This document shows positions 28,159 to 37,728 of a DNA stretch of 64,000 bases, in pieces. Position numbers and translations under genes: made by a program. The notes below the pieces were generated by a model. It saw only the letters and a program-made list of their open reading frames with translations, made no database searches and was not told where the DNA came from. This stretch comes from Thermodesulfobacteriota bacterium (GTDB lineage: Bacteria > Desulfobacterota > Desulfarculia > JACQYL01). The stretch is from contig CAXXLZ010000002.1 of the NCBI GenBank assembly GCA_963675595.2, positions 3,552,001-3,616,000 on the forward strand, in the 5' to 3' direction. Every line of letters begins with the position of its first letter. The stretch's first letter is position 1.

Positions 28159-30372
28159 ATGAGAACAAAGACGATCGTCAGGTGCGTGTGTTTGCCGGTA
28201 ATCGTGATCTCTGCCCTTTTGTGCGGCAACGCGTATGCTCAGTACCAAGGTATCTGGAAGGACACCGGAGAGTCCCCGGCCCACAACTTCTACATACAAC
28301 ACTATTCGACGGGCTCCACCATCGTTATCTACACGGCGGATGCAGTCACTTTTCACGCCTTCCTCGCAGACATTTCCGAAAGTCGTTTTGAAGCGGACTC
28401 TCTCGACCCCGACAAGGCCATGCATCTGCTCGTTACGTTCGTCTCCGGAAGCACCGGGAACGCCGAATTGACCGACAATGATACGGGCGTATCGACGGAA
28501 GCTGAAATAGAGAAGAAGTTCGCGGCGATTCGAACCATGCATTCGGGTGTCTGGAAAGACGAAGATTCCTTGTTCAACATGTATGTTCAGGACTACGAGG
28601 CGGGGTCGACCATCATTGTGTATACGTTGGACGCCGTTAATTTCCAGGCGTTTCAAGGAGGCCCGAACGGTTTGGTTTTCACGGCGAAAAATATGGCCGA
28701 TCAGAGCCTGGAGTTGGAGATGGCGTTCTCGGCCTTCGACGAAGGAACGGTCACCGTGGAACCTGCCGTGGAACCTGCTGTCGCGCCCGTGTTCCTGCCC
28801 CAGGCCGACGACTTCACCTACGATGTCGCCAAATTGTACCAACCGGCGCAGTTGGATATCGACATCCTGTTCACTCCCAAATCCGGGCCTTCTCCACTAG
28901 AAGTGCAGTTCACCGCCGCCTCCACCATGACGTTCCTAAGTTGGAGCTGGGACTTCGACGACGGTGGAACGAGCGCCCAACAGAACCCGAAGCACACTTA
29001 CACCGCCGCCGGCTCCTATGAGGCCGCGCTCACCATGAGCAATCCTTTGCTCTCCATTACCTGCATCGCATCCGAGCCGGTTGACGTTCAACAGGCGGAA
29101 ACGAACCCTGTGATCAGCGGCACCGTCACGCTTTCATCGGGCGGCACGGGGCCGGCGGGTGTAACGTTGACGGCGAGCAACGGGGGCGGCTCCACAACCA
29201 CGAACGGTCAGGGGACGTACTCCCTTTCAGTGACGAGCGGTTGGAGCGGTACGATCACGCCTTCTTTAAGCGGGTATACGTTTGCTCCCGCCTCGAAGGC
29301 TTTCACGAACGTTACAACCGACCAAACTCAAGACTTTACGGCAACTTCGACCTCGCCTTCGACCGTGAATGTCTCGGGGACCGTCTCGGTGTCGGGAGGG
29401 GGCGTCTTGAGCGGCGTGCTGGTATCCTTCGACGGCGTGGGGGGCATTAAGACGGACGGACTCGGAAATTACGATATGGACGTTCCCTACGGCTGGGGAG
29501 GGGCCGTCACTCCTTCCAAGTCCGGCTACACCTTTACGCCACAGCAAACGATCATCAACAGCGCCACTTTCGATTATTCGAATGTGGATTTCACAGCCAC
29601 TCCTCTGCAACAGACCGTGACGGTCTCGGGCACGATCACGGAATTCGGAGGTGGAGGCTTACTCAACGTGGCGGTGGAGTTCCAGAACCTGGAGATCGCA
29701 TTCACGGACGCGTCCGGGTTCTACAGCCTGGACGTTCCGTACGGATGGGCGGGAACCGTTACTCCCTATAAGGACAATTACACGTTCCAGCCGGAGCAGG
29801 TCTACATGAACGGCGTCACGGCGGATACGGGCCAAGACTTCCTGGGCCGGACCATTGTGTCCTATGTGTCTCTTTCCGGCACCGTAACCTCCGGCGGTTC
29901 CGGACTCGAATGGGTGATGATCACCCTGCTGGACTATGGAACCACCTGGACGGACGCTCAGGGAGCGTGGAGCACCCAGGTTCCCTACGGCTGGGGCGGA
30001 AGCATCACACCTTCGAAAGCCGACTACACCTTCACTCCGGCGCAAGCCTACATCAACGGCGCCACCTTTGACTATACGGGCATCGACTTTTCGGGCACGC
30101 CCTCGCAGGTCACCATCTCCGGTACGGTAATCGCTCAGCCGGCGGACGGCGGGCAGCCCATAGCCGACGTCACCATTACTTACTCGGGGGACAGTGCGAG
30201 CGGATCCACCACAACGAATGCGTCGGGGCAGTATTCCTTCACGGTTCCGGGCGGTTGGACCGGTTATGCCGCGCCGTCCAAGACCGGATGGACGTTTGCA
30301 CCCCCGTCGATTGCCTATAACGACATGATGACGGATTCCGTAATGCAGTACACCGGATTTTGGAGTCCGTAA
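28159..30372 (+). CDS. Secreted protein: two N-terminal GxW beta domains + PKD domain + five ~84-aa beta-sandwich repeats
   Basis: Signal peptide ending AYA; GIWKD/GVWKD tandem domains; PKD motif WSWDFDDG...HTY..AGSY; five repeats of SGTV..TD..G.Y...V..GW.G..TPS..YTF.P. Confidence 0.8.
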   Translation: MRTKTIVRCVCLPVIVISALLCGNAYAQYQGIWKDTGESPAHNFYIQHYSTGSTIVIYTADAVTFHAFLADISESRFEADSLDPDKAMHLLVTFVSGSTGNAELTDNDTGVSTEAEIEKKFAAIRTMHSGVWKDEDSLFNMYVQDYEAGSTIIVYTLDAVNFQAFQGGPNGLVFTAKNMADQSLELEMAFSAFDEGTVTVEPAVEPAVAPVFLPQADDFTYDVAKLYQPAQLDIDILFTPKSGPSPLEVQFTAASTMTFLSWSWDFDDGGTSAQQNPKHTYTAAGSYEAALTMSNPLLSITCIASEPVDVQQAETNPVISGTVTLSSGGTGPAGVTLTASNGGGSTTTNGQGTYSLSVTSGWSGTITPSLSGYTFAPASKAFTNVTTDQTQDFTATSTSPSTVNVSGTVSVSGGGVLSGVLVSFDGVGGIKTDGLGNYDMDVPYGWGGAVTPSKSGYTFTPQQTIINSATFDYSNVDFTATPLQQTVTVSGTITEFGGGGLLNVAVEFQNLEIAFTDASGFYSLDVPYGWAGTVTPYKDNYTFQPEQVYMNGVTADTGQDFLGRTIVSYVSLSGTVTSGGSGLEWVMITLLDYGTTWTDAQGAWSTQVPYGWGGSITPSKADYTFTPAQAYINGATFDYTGIDFSGTPSQVTISGTVIAQPADGGQPIADVTITYSGDSASGSTTTNASGQYSFTVPGGWTGYAAPSKTGWTFAPPSIAYNDMMTDSVMQYTGFWSP

Positions 30373-30472
30373 GCCGGAGCCTTTTCCATGGGGCAATATT
30401 CGGTGAGCGATATGCCGAATCCTGGTGAAGTGGTGTGAGACACAATCTCAATCGGAAGGAGCCGTGAAGCAG

Positions 30473-33400
30473 ATGAGGAAAGAAAAGCTTGCCGCCCGGG
30501 CGGCCCTGGTTGGAATCGTCTTTCTCTTCCTTTCGCTCATCGGATTGAAGGTTGAATCTTTCGCTCAGCCTCTCGATTCCGCCGGGAGTAAGCAGGCTGC
30601 AAAGATTGTCGACTACGAATCGGGGAATGGAGACTGGTACGGGGGCATATGGAAGAACACGGCATCGTCTCCGGAGTTGTCCGTGAACCTGTACATTCAG
30701 ACCTATTACACCGACTCCACGGTTGTGGTGTACACTCCCGACGCGAGAGTCTTCCACGCTTTCCTGTCCGAGACCTCCGACTCCGTCATTGAAGCCGATT
30801 CCATGGACCCCGGCAACTCCATGAGCATGCGCATCGATTTTCTCACCGAGGACGCGGGAACCCTCCTGTTGACGGACAACGCTCAGAATCCTCCCTCCTC
30901 CATACAGGTGGATATCGAACGGGTTTTTCAGGCCGTTCGGACGGCCCACTCCGGAATATGGAAAGACGCGACCAATACGTTCAACATGTACGTTCAGGAC
31001 TACGAAACCGGGTCCACCGTTGTTGTGTACACTTTTGACGGTTCGGTTTTTCGGGCTTTCCTCTCCGACACGGATGCAGACGTGTTCTCCTGCTTCGATT
31101 TGGGGGACGGGACCGAAGAGATGACCATGACGTTCACGGGATGGGACGAAGGAACCGTTATGGTGCAGCCTTCTCCGGACCTGTCGCATCCCGCGGCAAC
31201 CGACGGTTTCACGTACGACGTGGGCAAACGCTTTCCTCCCGCCCATATGGACGTGGACTTCGAGGGCGCTCCCAGGGCGGGTACGGCGCCTCTCCAAGTC
31301 GTGTTTTCCGATACTTCAACACTGGACAACAACCAATGGTCGTGGGATTTCGGAGACGATGATTCGAGCGGCGAGCAAGGCCCGACGCATGTATACACCG
31401 AACCCGGCAAGTACACCGTTCGTCTGACCACAAGCGACGGCTCCGCTGAAACGACGACCACAAGAACGGATTACATCGAGGTCTTTTCCTCCACGGACCC
31501 GGTGGTTTCCGGAACCGTCCGTGAATCGTATGCAAACACGGGCCTGAAGAACGTTGCGGTGACTCTGGGCGGTTCGGGCGTCGCTACAACGGATGCCACA
31601 GGCTATTACGCCGCGCAGGTGCCCACCGGCTGGAGCGGCATCTTGGGGCCTTCGTTGAGCGGTTGGGTATTCACGCCCCGGAACATGACCCTGGGCAATG
31701 TGACCTCGGACCAGTCGAGCCAGGATTTCCTCGGTTCCTACATGCCGCCTTACATGGTGAACATTTCCGGAAAGGTCGATTTCGGCGGAGTCGGTCTCGG
31801 TCTCGTGCAGCTTGATTTCAGCGGCGTGGGGACGTGTTTCACGGATTCGTCGGGCAATTACTCCTATGATGTTCCCGATCAGTGGAGCGGAACGGTCACG
31901 CCTTCCATGAGCGGCTATTTCTTCAGCCCGGCCTCGAGGAGCTACGTCAATTTGGCCGCGGATCAGACAAATCAGGACTTCGGCTCCTTTGTATCTCCGC
32001 CCCCCATGATCACGGTGGAAGGTACCATCAAGACGGACGGAGGTACGCCCTTACTCGGGGTGGTCGTCAACTATGCCGGAACGGGCGGAGCCGGGTCCGC
32101 CGGCGTCGATATCCAAGGCAAATACTCCTTTCAGGTGCTTTCCGGCTGGAGTGGAACCGCCACGCCGTCTCTCAGCGGCTATACCTTCAGTCCCGCATCC
32201 AGGACATACACCGGTCAGACCACCGATGTGACCAACCACGACTACACGGCATACGTGCAAACCGTGACCATTTCAGGCTCCGTTACTTTCGGGGGCGCGG
32301 GGCTGGGCTCGGTGACAATGACCGTAAGCGACGTGGGAACCGTTTCGACCGACGCATCCGGTTCCTATAATGCGGATGTTCCCATCGGGTGGACCGGAAC
32401 GGTCACTCCTTCTCTGGTCGGTTATTTCTTTATGCCGGCATCGAAAAGCTACACTTCCGTGGCTTCCTCCCAAACAAACCAGGATTTCAGCGCGTTTGCG
32501 GCCCCGCCTCCCATGATTACCGTGTCCGGAACGATCCTTGAAACGGGAACGGGAAACCCGGTGAACGGAGTCGACATCGACTACAGCGGAGTAGGGGGCG
32601 CGGGAACGGCCGTAACGGATCCTCAAGGGGAATACTCATTCCAGGTTCTATCCGGATGGAGCGGAACCGCCACGCCTTCCCATTCGAGATATTCCTTCTA
32701 TCCGCCGACAAGGATGTACAACAAGGAAACCACCGATCAATCGAACCATGATTACTTGGCGACGCCCACCATCGTGAGCATCGTGGGGGAGATCACCACA
32801 AGCACGGGGACGCCCATTCCCGGAGTGAACGTGAACTACGGCGGCGACGGCATCACCGGCGTCGTGGCCACCGGGGGCGTGGGGCAATACTCCTTCGACG
32901 TTCCTTACGGCTGGAGCGGTACGGCCACACCCTCGTACGGCAGCTACTCCTTTTCCCCGACTTCCAGGTCCTATACGTCCGTGCCGTCCGATCAATTCAA
33001 TCAGAACTACACGGGAACCCAGTCGCTTCCCCAGACCGTGTCCGTATCGGGTACCATTACTTATTTCGGAGACTACCTCGGCGGCGTCGCGGTAGCCTTC
33101 AGCGGCGTCGGACAGACTACGACGGATGCGTTCGGGCATTTCGTCATGGAAGTTCCCTACCTGTGGAGCGGCACGGCGACACCGTCCCTCGAAGGCTACA
33201 CTTTTTCGCCGGAGTACATGGACTTTGCCAATGTGTCGGCGGACCTCCAGGGGCAAAACTTCACGGCGTCTCAAGCCGAGCCTCAGAGCGTAGTCCTTTC
33301 CGGAATCATAACAGGTCCGGAAGTGGGCGCACCCGCTCCGAACATAACCGTATCCTTTTCGGGGCAGGGGTCCGTAATAACGGATGAGGATGGGTACTAC

Positions 33401-33544
33401 CAAAAAGAAGTGCCCGCGTCTTGGAGCGGTTCCGTCACTCCTTCCTATTCGGGATATGGATTCGATCCTCCTTCGTATGAATTCGACGTCGTATCTTCGG
33501 ACCAATGGGGCCTTGACTTTTCGGCCTATCTGGATTGGTTCTGA
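30473..33544 (+). CDS. Secreted paralogue: two GxW domains + PKD domain + eight ~85-aa beta-sandwich repeats
   Basis: Signal peptide; GIWKN/GIWKD domains; WSWDFGD...HVYTEPGKYTV PKD; eight repeats of the same consensus as the upstream gene. Confidence 0.82.
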   Translation: MRKEKLAARAALVGIVFLFLSLIGLKVESFAQPLDSAGSKQAAKIVDYESGNGDWYGGIWKNTASSPELSVNLYIQTYYTDSTVVVYTPDARVFHAFLSETSDSVIEADSMDPGNSMSMRIDFLTEDAGTLLLTDNAQNPPSSIQVDIERVFQAVRTAHSGIWKDATNTFNMYVQDYETGSTVVVYTFDGSVFRAFLSDTDADVFSCFDLGDGTEEMTMTFTGWDEGTVMVQPSPDLSHPAATDGFTYDVGKRFPPAHMDVDFEGAPRAGTAPLQVVFSDTSTLDNNQWSWDFGDDDSSGEQGPTHVYTEPGKYTVRLTTSDGSAETTTTRTDYIEVFSSTDPVVSGTVRESYANTGLKNVAVTLGGSGVATTDATGYYAAQVPTGWSGILGPSLSGWVFTPRNMTLGNVTSDQSSQDFLGSYMPPYMVNISGKVDFGGVGLGLVQLDFSGVGTCFTDSSGNYSYDVPDQWSGTVTPSMSGYFFSPASRSYVNLAADQTNQDFGSFVSPPPMITVEGTIKTDGGTPLLGVVVNYAGTGGAGSAGVDIQGKYSFQVLSGWSGTATPSLSGYTFSPASRTYTGQTTDVTNHDYTAYVQTVTISGSVTFGGAGLGSVTMTVSDVGTVSTDASGSYNADVPIGWTGTVTPSLVGYFFMPASKSYTSVASSQTNQDFSAFAAPPPMITVSGTILETGTGNPVNGVDIDYSGVGGAGTAVTDPQGEYSFQVLSGWSGTATPSHSRYSFYPPTRMYNKETTDQSNHDYLATPTIVSIVGEITTSTGTPIPGVNVNYGGDGITGVVATGGVGQYSFDVPYGWSGTATPSYGSYSFSPTSRSYTSVPSDQFNQNYTGTQSLPQTVSVSGTITYFGDYLGGVAVAFSGVGQTTTDAFGHFVMEVPYLWSGTATPSLEGYTFSPEYMDFANVSADLQGQNFTASQAEPQSVVLSGIITGPEVGAPAPNITVSFSGQGSVITDEDGYYQKEVPASWSGSVTPSYSGYGFDPPSYEFDVVSSDQWGLDFSAYLDWF

Positions 33545-33565
33545 TCGCGTTTTTCCTTCCTGAGG

Positions 33566-33598
33566 CGCAGCCCGGGTGAGACCCGCACCCGGGCCGCG
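33566..33598. repeat. GC-rich inverted repeat after the second secreted-protein gene
   Basis: GCCCGGGTG-AGACCCG-CACCCGGGC stem-loop; no U-tract. Confidence 0.5.
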
Positions 33599-33701
33599 TG
33601 CGGGATTGATTCATTCGCGACCTGAGATCATTCCGCATCGGCTTCGGACGAATCCGGTCGTAACTCCTTCTTCTGGGGACGTCTCTCCCGCAACATAGTT
33701 C

Positions 33702-33729
33702 TTGACAATTCCGAAGGCAGGAATATACT
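33702..33729 (+). promoter_or_regulatory. Sigma70 promoter of the yceD-rpmF-plsX operon
   Basis: TTGACA-N16-TATACT, 41 nt upstream of the yceD ATG. Confidence 0.7.
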
Positions 33730-33770
33730 CAAACTTTTTATCCTCATCGATGTTTCCTGTTGAGGACGGA

Positions 33771-34289
33771 ATGATCATACAGACCGCCAACTTCCCGGAT
33801 GAAGGGCTTGAATTCGACATTGACGAGCCGTCCGATTGGGGAGGTCGAGGTTTTGCCCACGGCCCCGTGAGGGGGCGCGTCCGCGTAGATCGTTCCGGAG
33901 ATTACTTCATGATCCGCGGGGAGGTCCGGACCTCGGTACCCGTTTGTTGCGTGCGGTGCCTTGCGGATTGCCTTGCCGAAGTCAACGCCGACATTTACGC
34001 CGTGCTTGTTTCCGCCGCCCTGATGAAGGCGGCGACACACGATAACTTGGAGTTGACCGCCGAAGATCTGGATGTTGTTACTTACGAAGACGATGAATTT
34101 GATACCGATCCGATCATTGAAGACCAGATATTGCTCTCAATTCCCGAGAATCCTCTTTGCTCGGATGAATGTGCCGGTCTTTGCCCGAAATGCGGCGTCA
34201 ACCGGAACTTGACGCAATGCGAATGCGGACCCGATGAAACAAGCGGCTCTTTCGGCGTGCTGGCCGGTTTTCGGCCGATGAAGTCCTGA
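33771..34289 (+). CDS. yceD: YceD/DUF177 family protein
   Basis: [21 protein letters not shown]...CEC; directly upstream of rpmF. Confidence 0.9.
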   Translation: MIIQTANFPDEGLEFDIDEPSDWGGRGFAHGPVRGRVRVDRSGDYFMIRGEVRTSVPVCCVRCLADCLAEVNADIYAVLVSAALMKAATHDNLELTAEDLDVVTYEDDEFDTDPIIEDQILLSIPENPLCSDECAGLCPKCGVNRNLTQCECGPDETSGSFGVLAGFRPMKS

Positions 34290-34323
34290 GAGTATCGGGA
34301 TCAAACAGATTTGGAGATTCCCC

Positions 34324-34500
34324 ATGGCCGTACCCAAACGAAGAAAATCGAAATCGAAGAAGAACATGCGGCGTTCGCATGATCACTTGAGCGCACCCGG
34401 AATTTCCTTGTGCGCCCAATGTGCCGAACCGAAGCTCCCCCACCGCGCGTGTCCCAGTTGTGGGAACTACCGCGGAAGGACTTTCATCGAGACGGAGTAG
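34324..34500 (+). CDS. rpmF: 50S ribosomal protein L32 (not in the ORF track)
   Basis: [58 protein letters not shown]. Confidence 0.96.
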   Translation: MAVPKRRKSKSKKNMRRSHDHLSAPGISLCAQCAEPKLPHRACPSCGNYRGRTFIETE

Positions 34501-34549
34501 AATTGCAGACGGTTTCCCGCCCGTTTTTCCGCCCGTTCGATGAAAACCG

Positions 34550-35608
34550 GTGAGTCTCACCATGAATCGGGCTGAGTTCCGCATCGCCGTCGACGCGATG
34601 GGAGGCGATTTCGCCCCCGCGGCCCCGGTTGAGGGAGCTGTGTGGGCTGCTCGGGATTTTGGTCAGCCCGTCATCCTCGTCGGCCGACAAAAAGTGGTGG
34701 AAGCCGAGCTGAAGGCCCTCCAAGGGGTTCCCTCTTCCCTGATCGAGATTCACGACGCTCCCGAAGTGGTTGAAATGGACGAGCCTGCCGCCGCGGCGTT
34801 CAAGAAGAAGAAAGGCGCCTCGATCCGGGTGGCCTTCGACTTGGTGAAGCAGGGAAAGGCGCAAGGGGTTGTCAGCGCGGGTAACTCCGGCGCCATCATG
34901 GCGGCGGCCGCATTGGTGTTGGGGCGCACCAAGGGAGTCGACCGCCCGGCCATCGCAGGCATCCTACCGACACTCGAGGGACCCACCGTGCTCATAGACG
35001 TGGGTGCCAACGTGAACTGCAAACCCCACAACCTCTTTCAATTCGGAATGATGGGTGATATCTACGCCCGGAGTATTCTCCAGTTGAAAGACCCCGCGGT
35101 CGCCCTGTTGAGTGTGGGGGAAGAAAGCATCAAAGGCAACGATCTCGTCAAGCGGGTTCACGAGTTACTGCGGAACGCGGACATCAATTTTGTAGGTAAT
35201 GTGGAAGGCAGGGACATTTTCACGGGCAAAACCCAAGTAATTATCTGTGACGGCTTCGTCGGCAATGTCTGCCTCAAATTGGCCGAAGGCATCGGCCAAG
35301 CCTTCGGGCGGATGGTCAAAAAAGAAGTGCGGAAAGGCATCCTGAGCAGTATGGGATTCCTCTTCGCCCGAGGAGCGTTCAATAGAATCGGTTCGAGAAT
35401 GGATTATGCGGAACACGGCGGTGCTCCGCTATTGGGTGTGAACGGCGCCTGCGTGGTATGCCACGGAGCCTCCTCCTCCAAGGCCGTCAAGAACGCCGTC
35501 CGGGTCGCTTCGGAACTGATTCGGAATCGAGTCAACGAGCATTTGACCCGAGGTTTGCAACTCTTCGCTGAAAAGCACCCCGAGGGGACGGCTGAACGGA
35601 GCCGGTAA
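34550..35608 (+). CDS. plsX: Phosphate acyltransferase PlsX
   Basis: IAVDAMGGDFAP, SAGNSGA, RPAIA, DVGAN, GEESIKG, CDGFVGNVCLK, GGAPLLG, HGAS. Confidence 0.96.
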   Translation: MSLTMNRAEFRIAVDAMGGDFAPAAPVEGAVWAARDFGQPVILVGRQKVVEAELKALQGVPSSLIEIHDAPEVVEMDEPAAAAFKKKKGASIRVAFDLVKQGKAQGVVSAGNSGAIMAAAALVLGRTKGVDRPAIAGILPTLEGPTVLIDVGANVNCKPHNLFQFGMMGDIYARSILQLKDPAVALLSVGEESIKGNDLVKRVHELLRNADINFVGNVEGRDIFTGKTQVIICDGFVGNVCLKLAEGIGQAFGRMVKKEVRKGILSSMGFLFARGAFNRIGSRMDYAEHGGAPLLGVNGACVVCHGASSSKAVKNAVRVASELIRNRVNEHLTRGLQLFAEKHPEGTAERSR

Positions 35609-35621
35609 TTAGGAGCGCCTC

Positions 35622-36779
35622 ATGGACTATTTCCTGACGGAAGAACAGTTGACCATACGGGACTTGGCGAGGCAGATCGCCGAGTCTAGAATCGTGCCTT
35701 CCCGCGCCGAACTGGACGAGAAGAGCGAATTTCCTCATGAGATCATGAAGGACTTGGCGCAATCGGATCTTTTCGGAATCACCATTCCTGAGGAGTTCGG
35801 CGGTCTGGGGCTGGGATGCATGGAGAACTGCGTGGCCGTTGAGGAAATCAGCCGCGGCTGCTGCGGAGTGGCCACCACTTTCGCCGCGAGCGGACTTGGG
35901 GCCTACCCGATTATTCTGCACGGAAGCGAGGAGCAGAAGAAGAAATACCTGCCGCGTATCGCCTCAGGCGAGTCGTTGGCCGCTTTCGCTCTGACTGAAT
36001 CCACCGCCGGCAGCGACGCGGGCGGTATTATGACGACCGCCGTTCTCGATGGCGATGAATACGTGCTCAACGGTTCGAAGCAGTGGATTACCAACGGAGG
36101 CGAGGCCGACATCTATTCCGTTTTCGTGGTGACGGACAAAGCCAAAGGAGCCCGCGGGGCCACCGCCCTGATCGTGGAAAAGAGCGATCCCGGATTCAGT
36201 TTCGGCAAGAAGGAAGACAAAATGGGAATCCGGGCTTCCGTGACCCGGGAACTCATTTTTGATAACTGTCGTATCCCCAAAGACCGTATTATCCGCAAGC
36301 AGGGAGCCGGTTTCCTCGTTGCCATGAAGACCTTCGATCATTCGCGGCCGGGCGTGGGAGCCCAAGCGGTGGGCGTGGCTCAGGCGGCCCTCGACGAAGC
36401 CGTGAAGTACGCCAAGACTCGAGTTCAGTTCGAGGTTCCCATCATCAGTTTTCAGGCGGTACAACATATGCTGGCGGATATGGCCACGTCCGTTGAAGCC
36501 GCGCGTGCTCTGGTATACTGTGTGGCCAGAAGCATGGATGCCGGTGCGGGCGACACTTCGAAGGTCAGCGCCATGGCCAAGCTGTTTCCCACGGAAATGG
36601 CGATGAAGGTGACCACGGATGCGGTTCAGATACTGGGCGGTTGCGGCTACATGAGAGAGTATCCCGTGGAAAAAATGATGCGGGATGCCAAGATTCTCCA
36701 GATTTACGAAGGAACCAATCAGATTCAGCGGAACGTCATTGGACAAGCACTGAACAAGGAATACACCCGCAAGGGTTAG
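35622..36779 (+). CDS. Acyl-CoA dehydrogenase (short-chain/Bcd-like)
   Basis: PEEFGGLG, FALTE..AGSD, NGSKQWITNG, KMGIRAS, RVQF, QILGG.GY, RDAKILQIYEGTNQIQR (catalytic Glu in the SCAD position). Confidence 0.93.
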   Translation: MDYFLTEEQLTIRDLARQIAESRIVPSRAELDEKSEFPHEIMKDLAQSDLFGITIPEEFGGLGLGCMENCVAVEEISRGCCGVATTFAASGLGAYPIILHGSEEQKKKYLPRIASGESLAAFALTESTAGSDAGGIMTTAVLDGDEYVLNGSKQWITNGGEADIYSVFVVTDKAKGARGATALIVEKSDPGFSFGKKEDKMGIRASVTRELIFDNCRIPKDRIIRKQGAGFLVAMKTFDHSRPGVGAQAVGVAQAALDEAVKYAKTRVQFEVPIISFQAVQHMLADMATSVEAARALVYCVARSMDAGAGDTSKVSAMAKLFPTEMAMKVTTDAVQILGGCGYMREYPVEKMMRDAKILQIYEGTNQIQRNVIGQALNKEYTRKG

Positions 36780-36789
36780 GTCGCTTCTC

Positions 36790-37584
36790 ATGAATCTAGT
36801 CGTCTGCGTCAAACAGGTTCCCGACGCCAAAAATATTCGCATCGACCCGGTGACGAACACTCTTCAGCGGCAAGGAGTGGAAAGCATCGTCAATCCGTTT
36901 GATTTGTACGCCCTTGAGGCGGGACTTCGTCTGCGGGATGAATTCGGGGGCAAACTGACCGTGATCTCCATGGGGCCGCCTCAAGCCGAGAGCGTCCTCA
37001 GGGAAGCCCTCTCCTACGGGGCCGATGAGGCGGTACTGCTCAGCGACCGTGCTTTCGCCGGAGCCGATACATTGGCGACCGCCAAGACCCTGGCCGCGTG
37101 TGTGCGTCGATTAAGCCCCTTCGATTTAGTGATCTGCGGAAAGCAGGCCGTCGACGGGGACACGGCCCAGGTCGGTCCCGCCCTGGCTCAATCCCTCGAT
37201 ATCCCTCATGTGGCCTTTGTCGGAACCATGGAAGGCGTTGAAGCGGGTTGCCTCACGGTGCAACGTATGATGGACGACGGTTATGACACGGTCGCCGTGG
37301 AACTGCCCGCTCTGATCACCGTGGTCAAAGAAATCGGAGAGCCCAGGGTTCCTTCCTTCAAAGGGAAGATGCGGGCCAAGAAGCAGCCGGTGCCCGTTTG
37401 GGGCCTCAAAGAACTGGACCTTGCGGAAGACCAAGTGGGGCTCAAAGGCTCAGCCACGTGGGTTGAACGCATCTTTGCTCCCGAGCCGCGAGGAAGACGG
37501 GAAATCCTTGACGGCGACCCGGATACACAGGCGGCGAATCTCCTGAAGCGCCTGAAAGAGGACCAGGTCGTCAAACTCGCCTGA
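36790..37584 (+). CDS. etfB: Electron transfer flavoprotein beta subunit
   Basis: VCVKQVPD, NPFD, SMGP, FAGADTLATA, GKQAVDGDTAQVG. Confidence 0.94.
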   Translation: MNLVVCVKQVPDAKNIRIDPVTNTLQRQGVESIVNPFDLYALEAGLRLRDEFGGKLTVISMGPPQAESVLREALSYGADEAVLLSDRAFAGADTLATAKTLAACVRRLSPFDLVICGKQAVDGDTAQVGPALAQSLDIPHVAFVGTMEGVEAGCLTVQRMMDDGYDTVAVELPALITVVKEIGEPRVPSFKGKMRAKKQPVPVWGLKELDLAEDQVGLKGSATWVERIFAPEPRGRREILDGDPDTQAANLLKRLKEDQVVKLA

Positions 37585-37728
37585 CCGGACTTTTCGCCCG
37601 TCTTGACCCCGGAATCGCTTGTTTGGAAGGAGCGCGGGATGCTTGACACCGGATTTTCGGGCATGTAATAGAGCGACCTTGACTTTTCCGCTCGGAGCGA
37701 GAACACCAAGAAACCAAGCGCTGAAACG

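Noticed and set aside
28754-28777. 12-bp tandem repeat CCGTGGAACCTG x2 (EPAVEPAV)
   Set aside because: An in-frame two-copy duplication in a linker; too short to imply phase variation.
28159-33544. Diversity-generating retroelement or CRISPR-like array in the repeat-rich genes
   Set aside because: The repeats are diverged in-frame protein domains. There is no reverse transcriptase, no adenine-specific template/variable pair and no identical spaced repeats.
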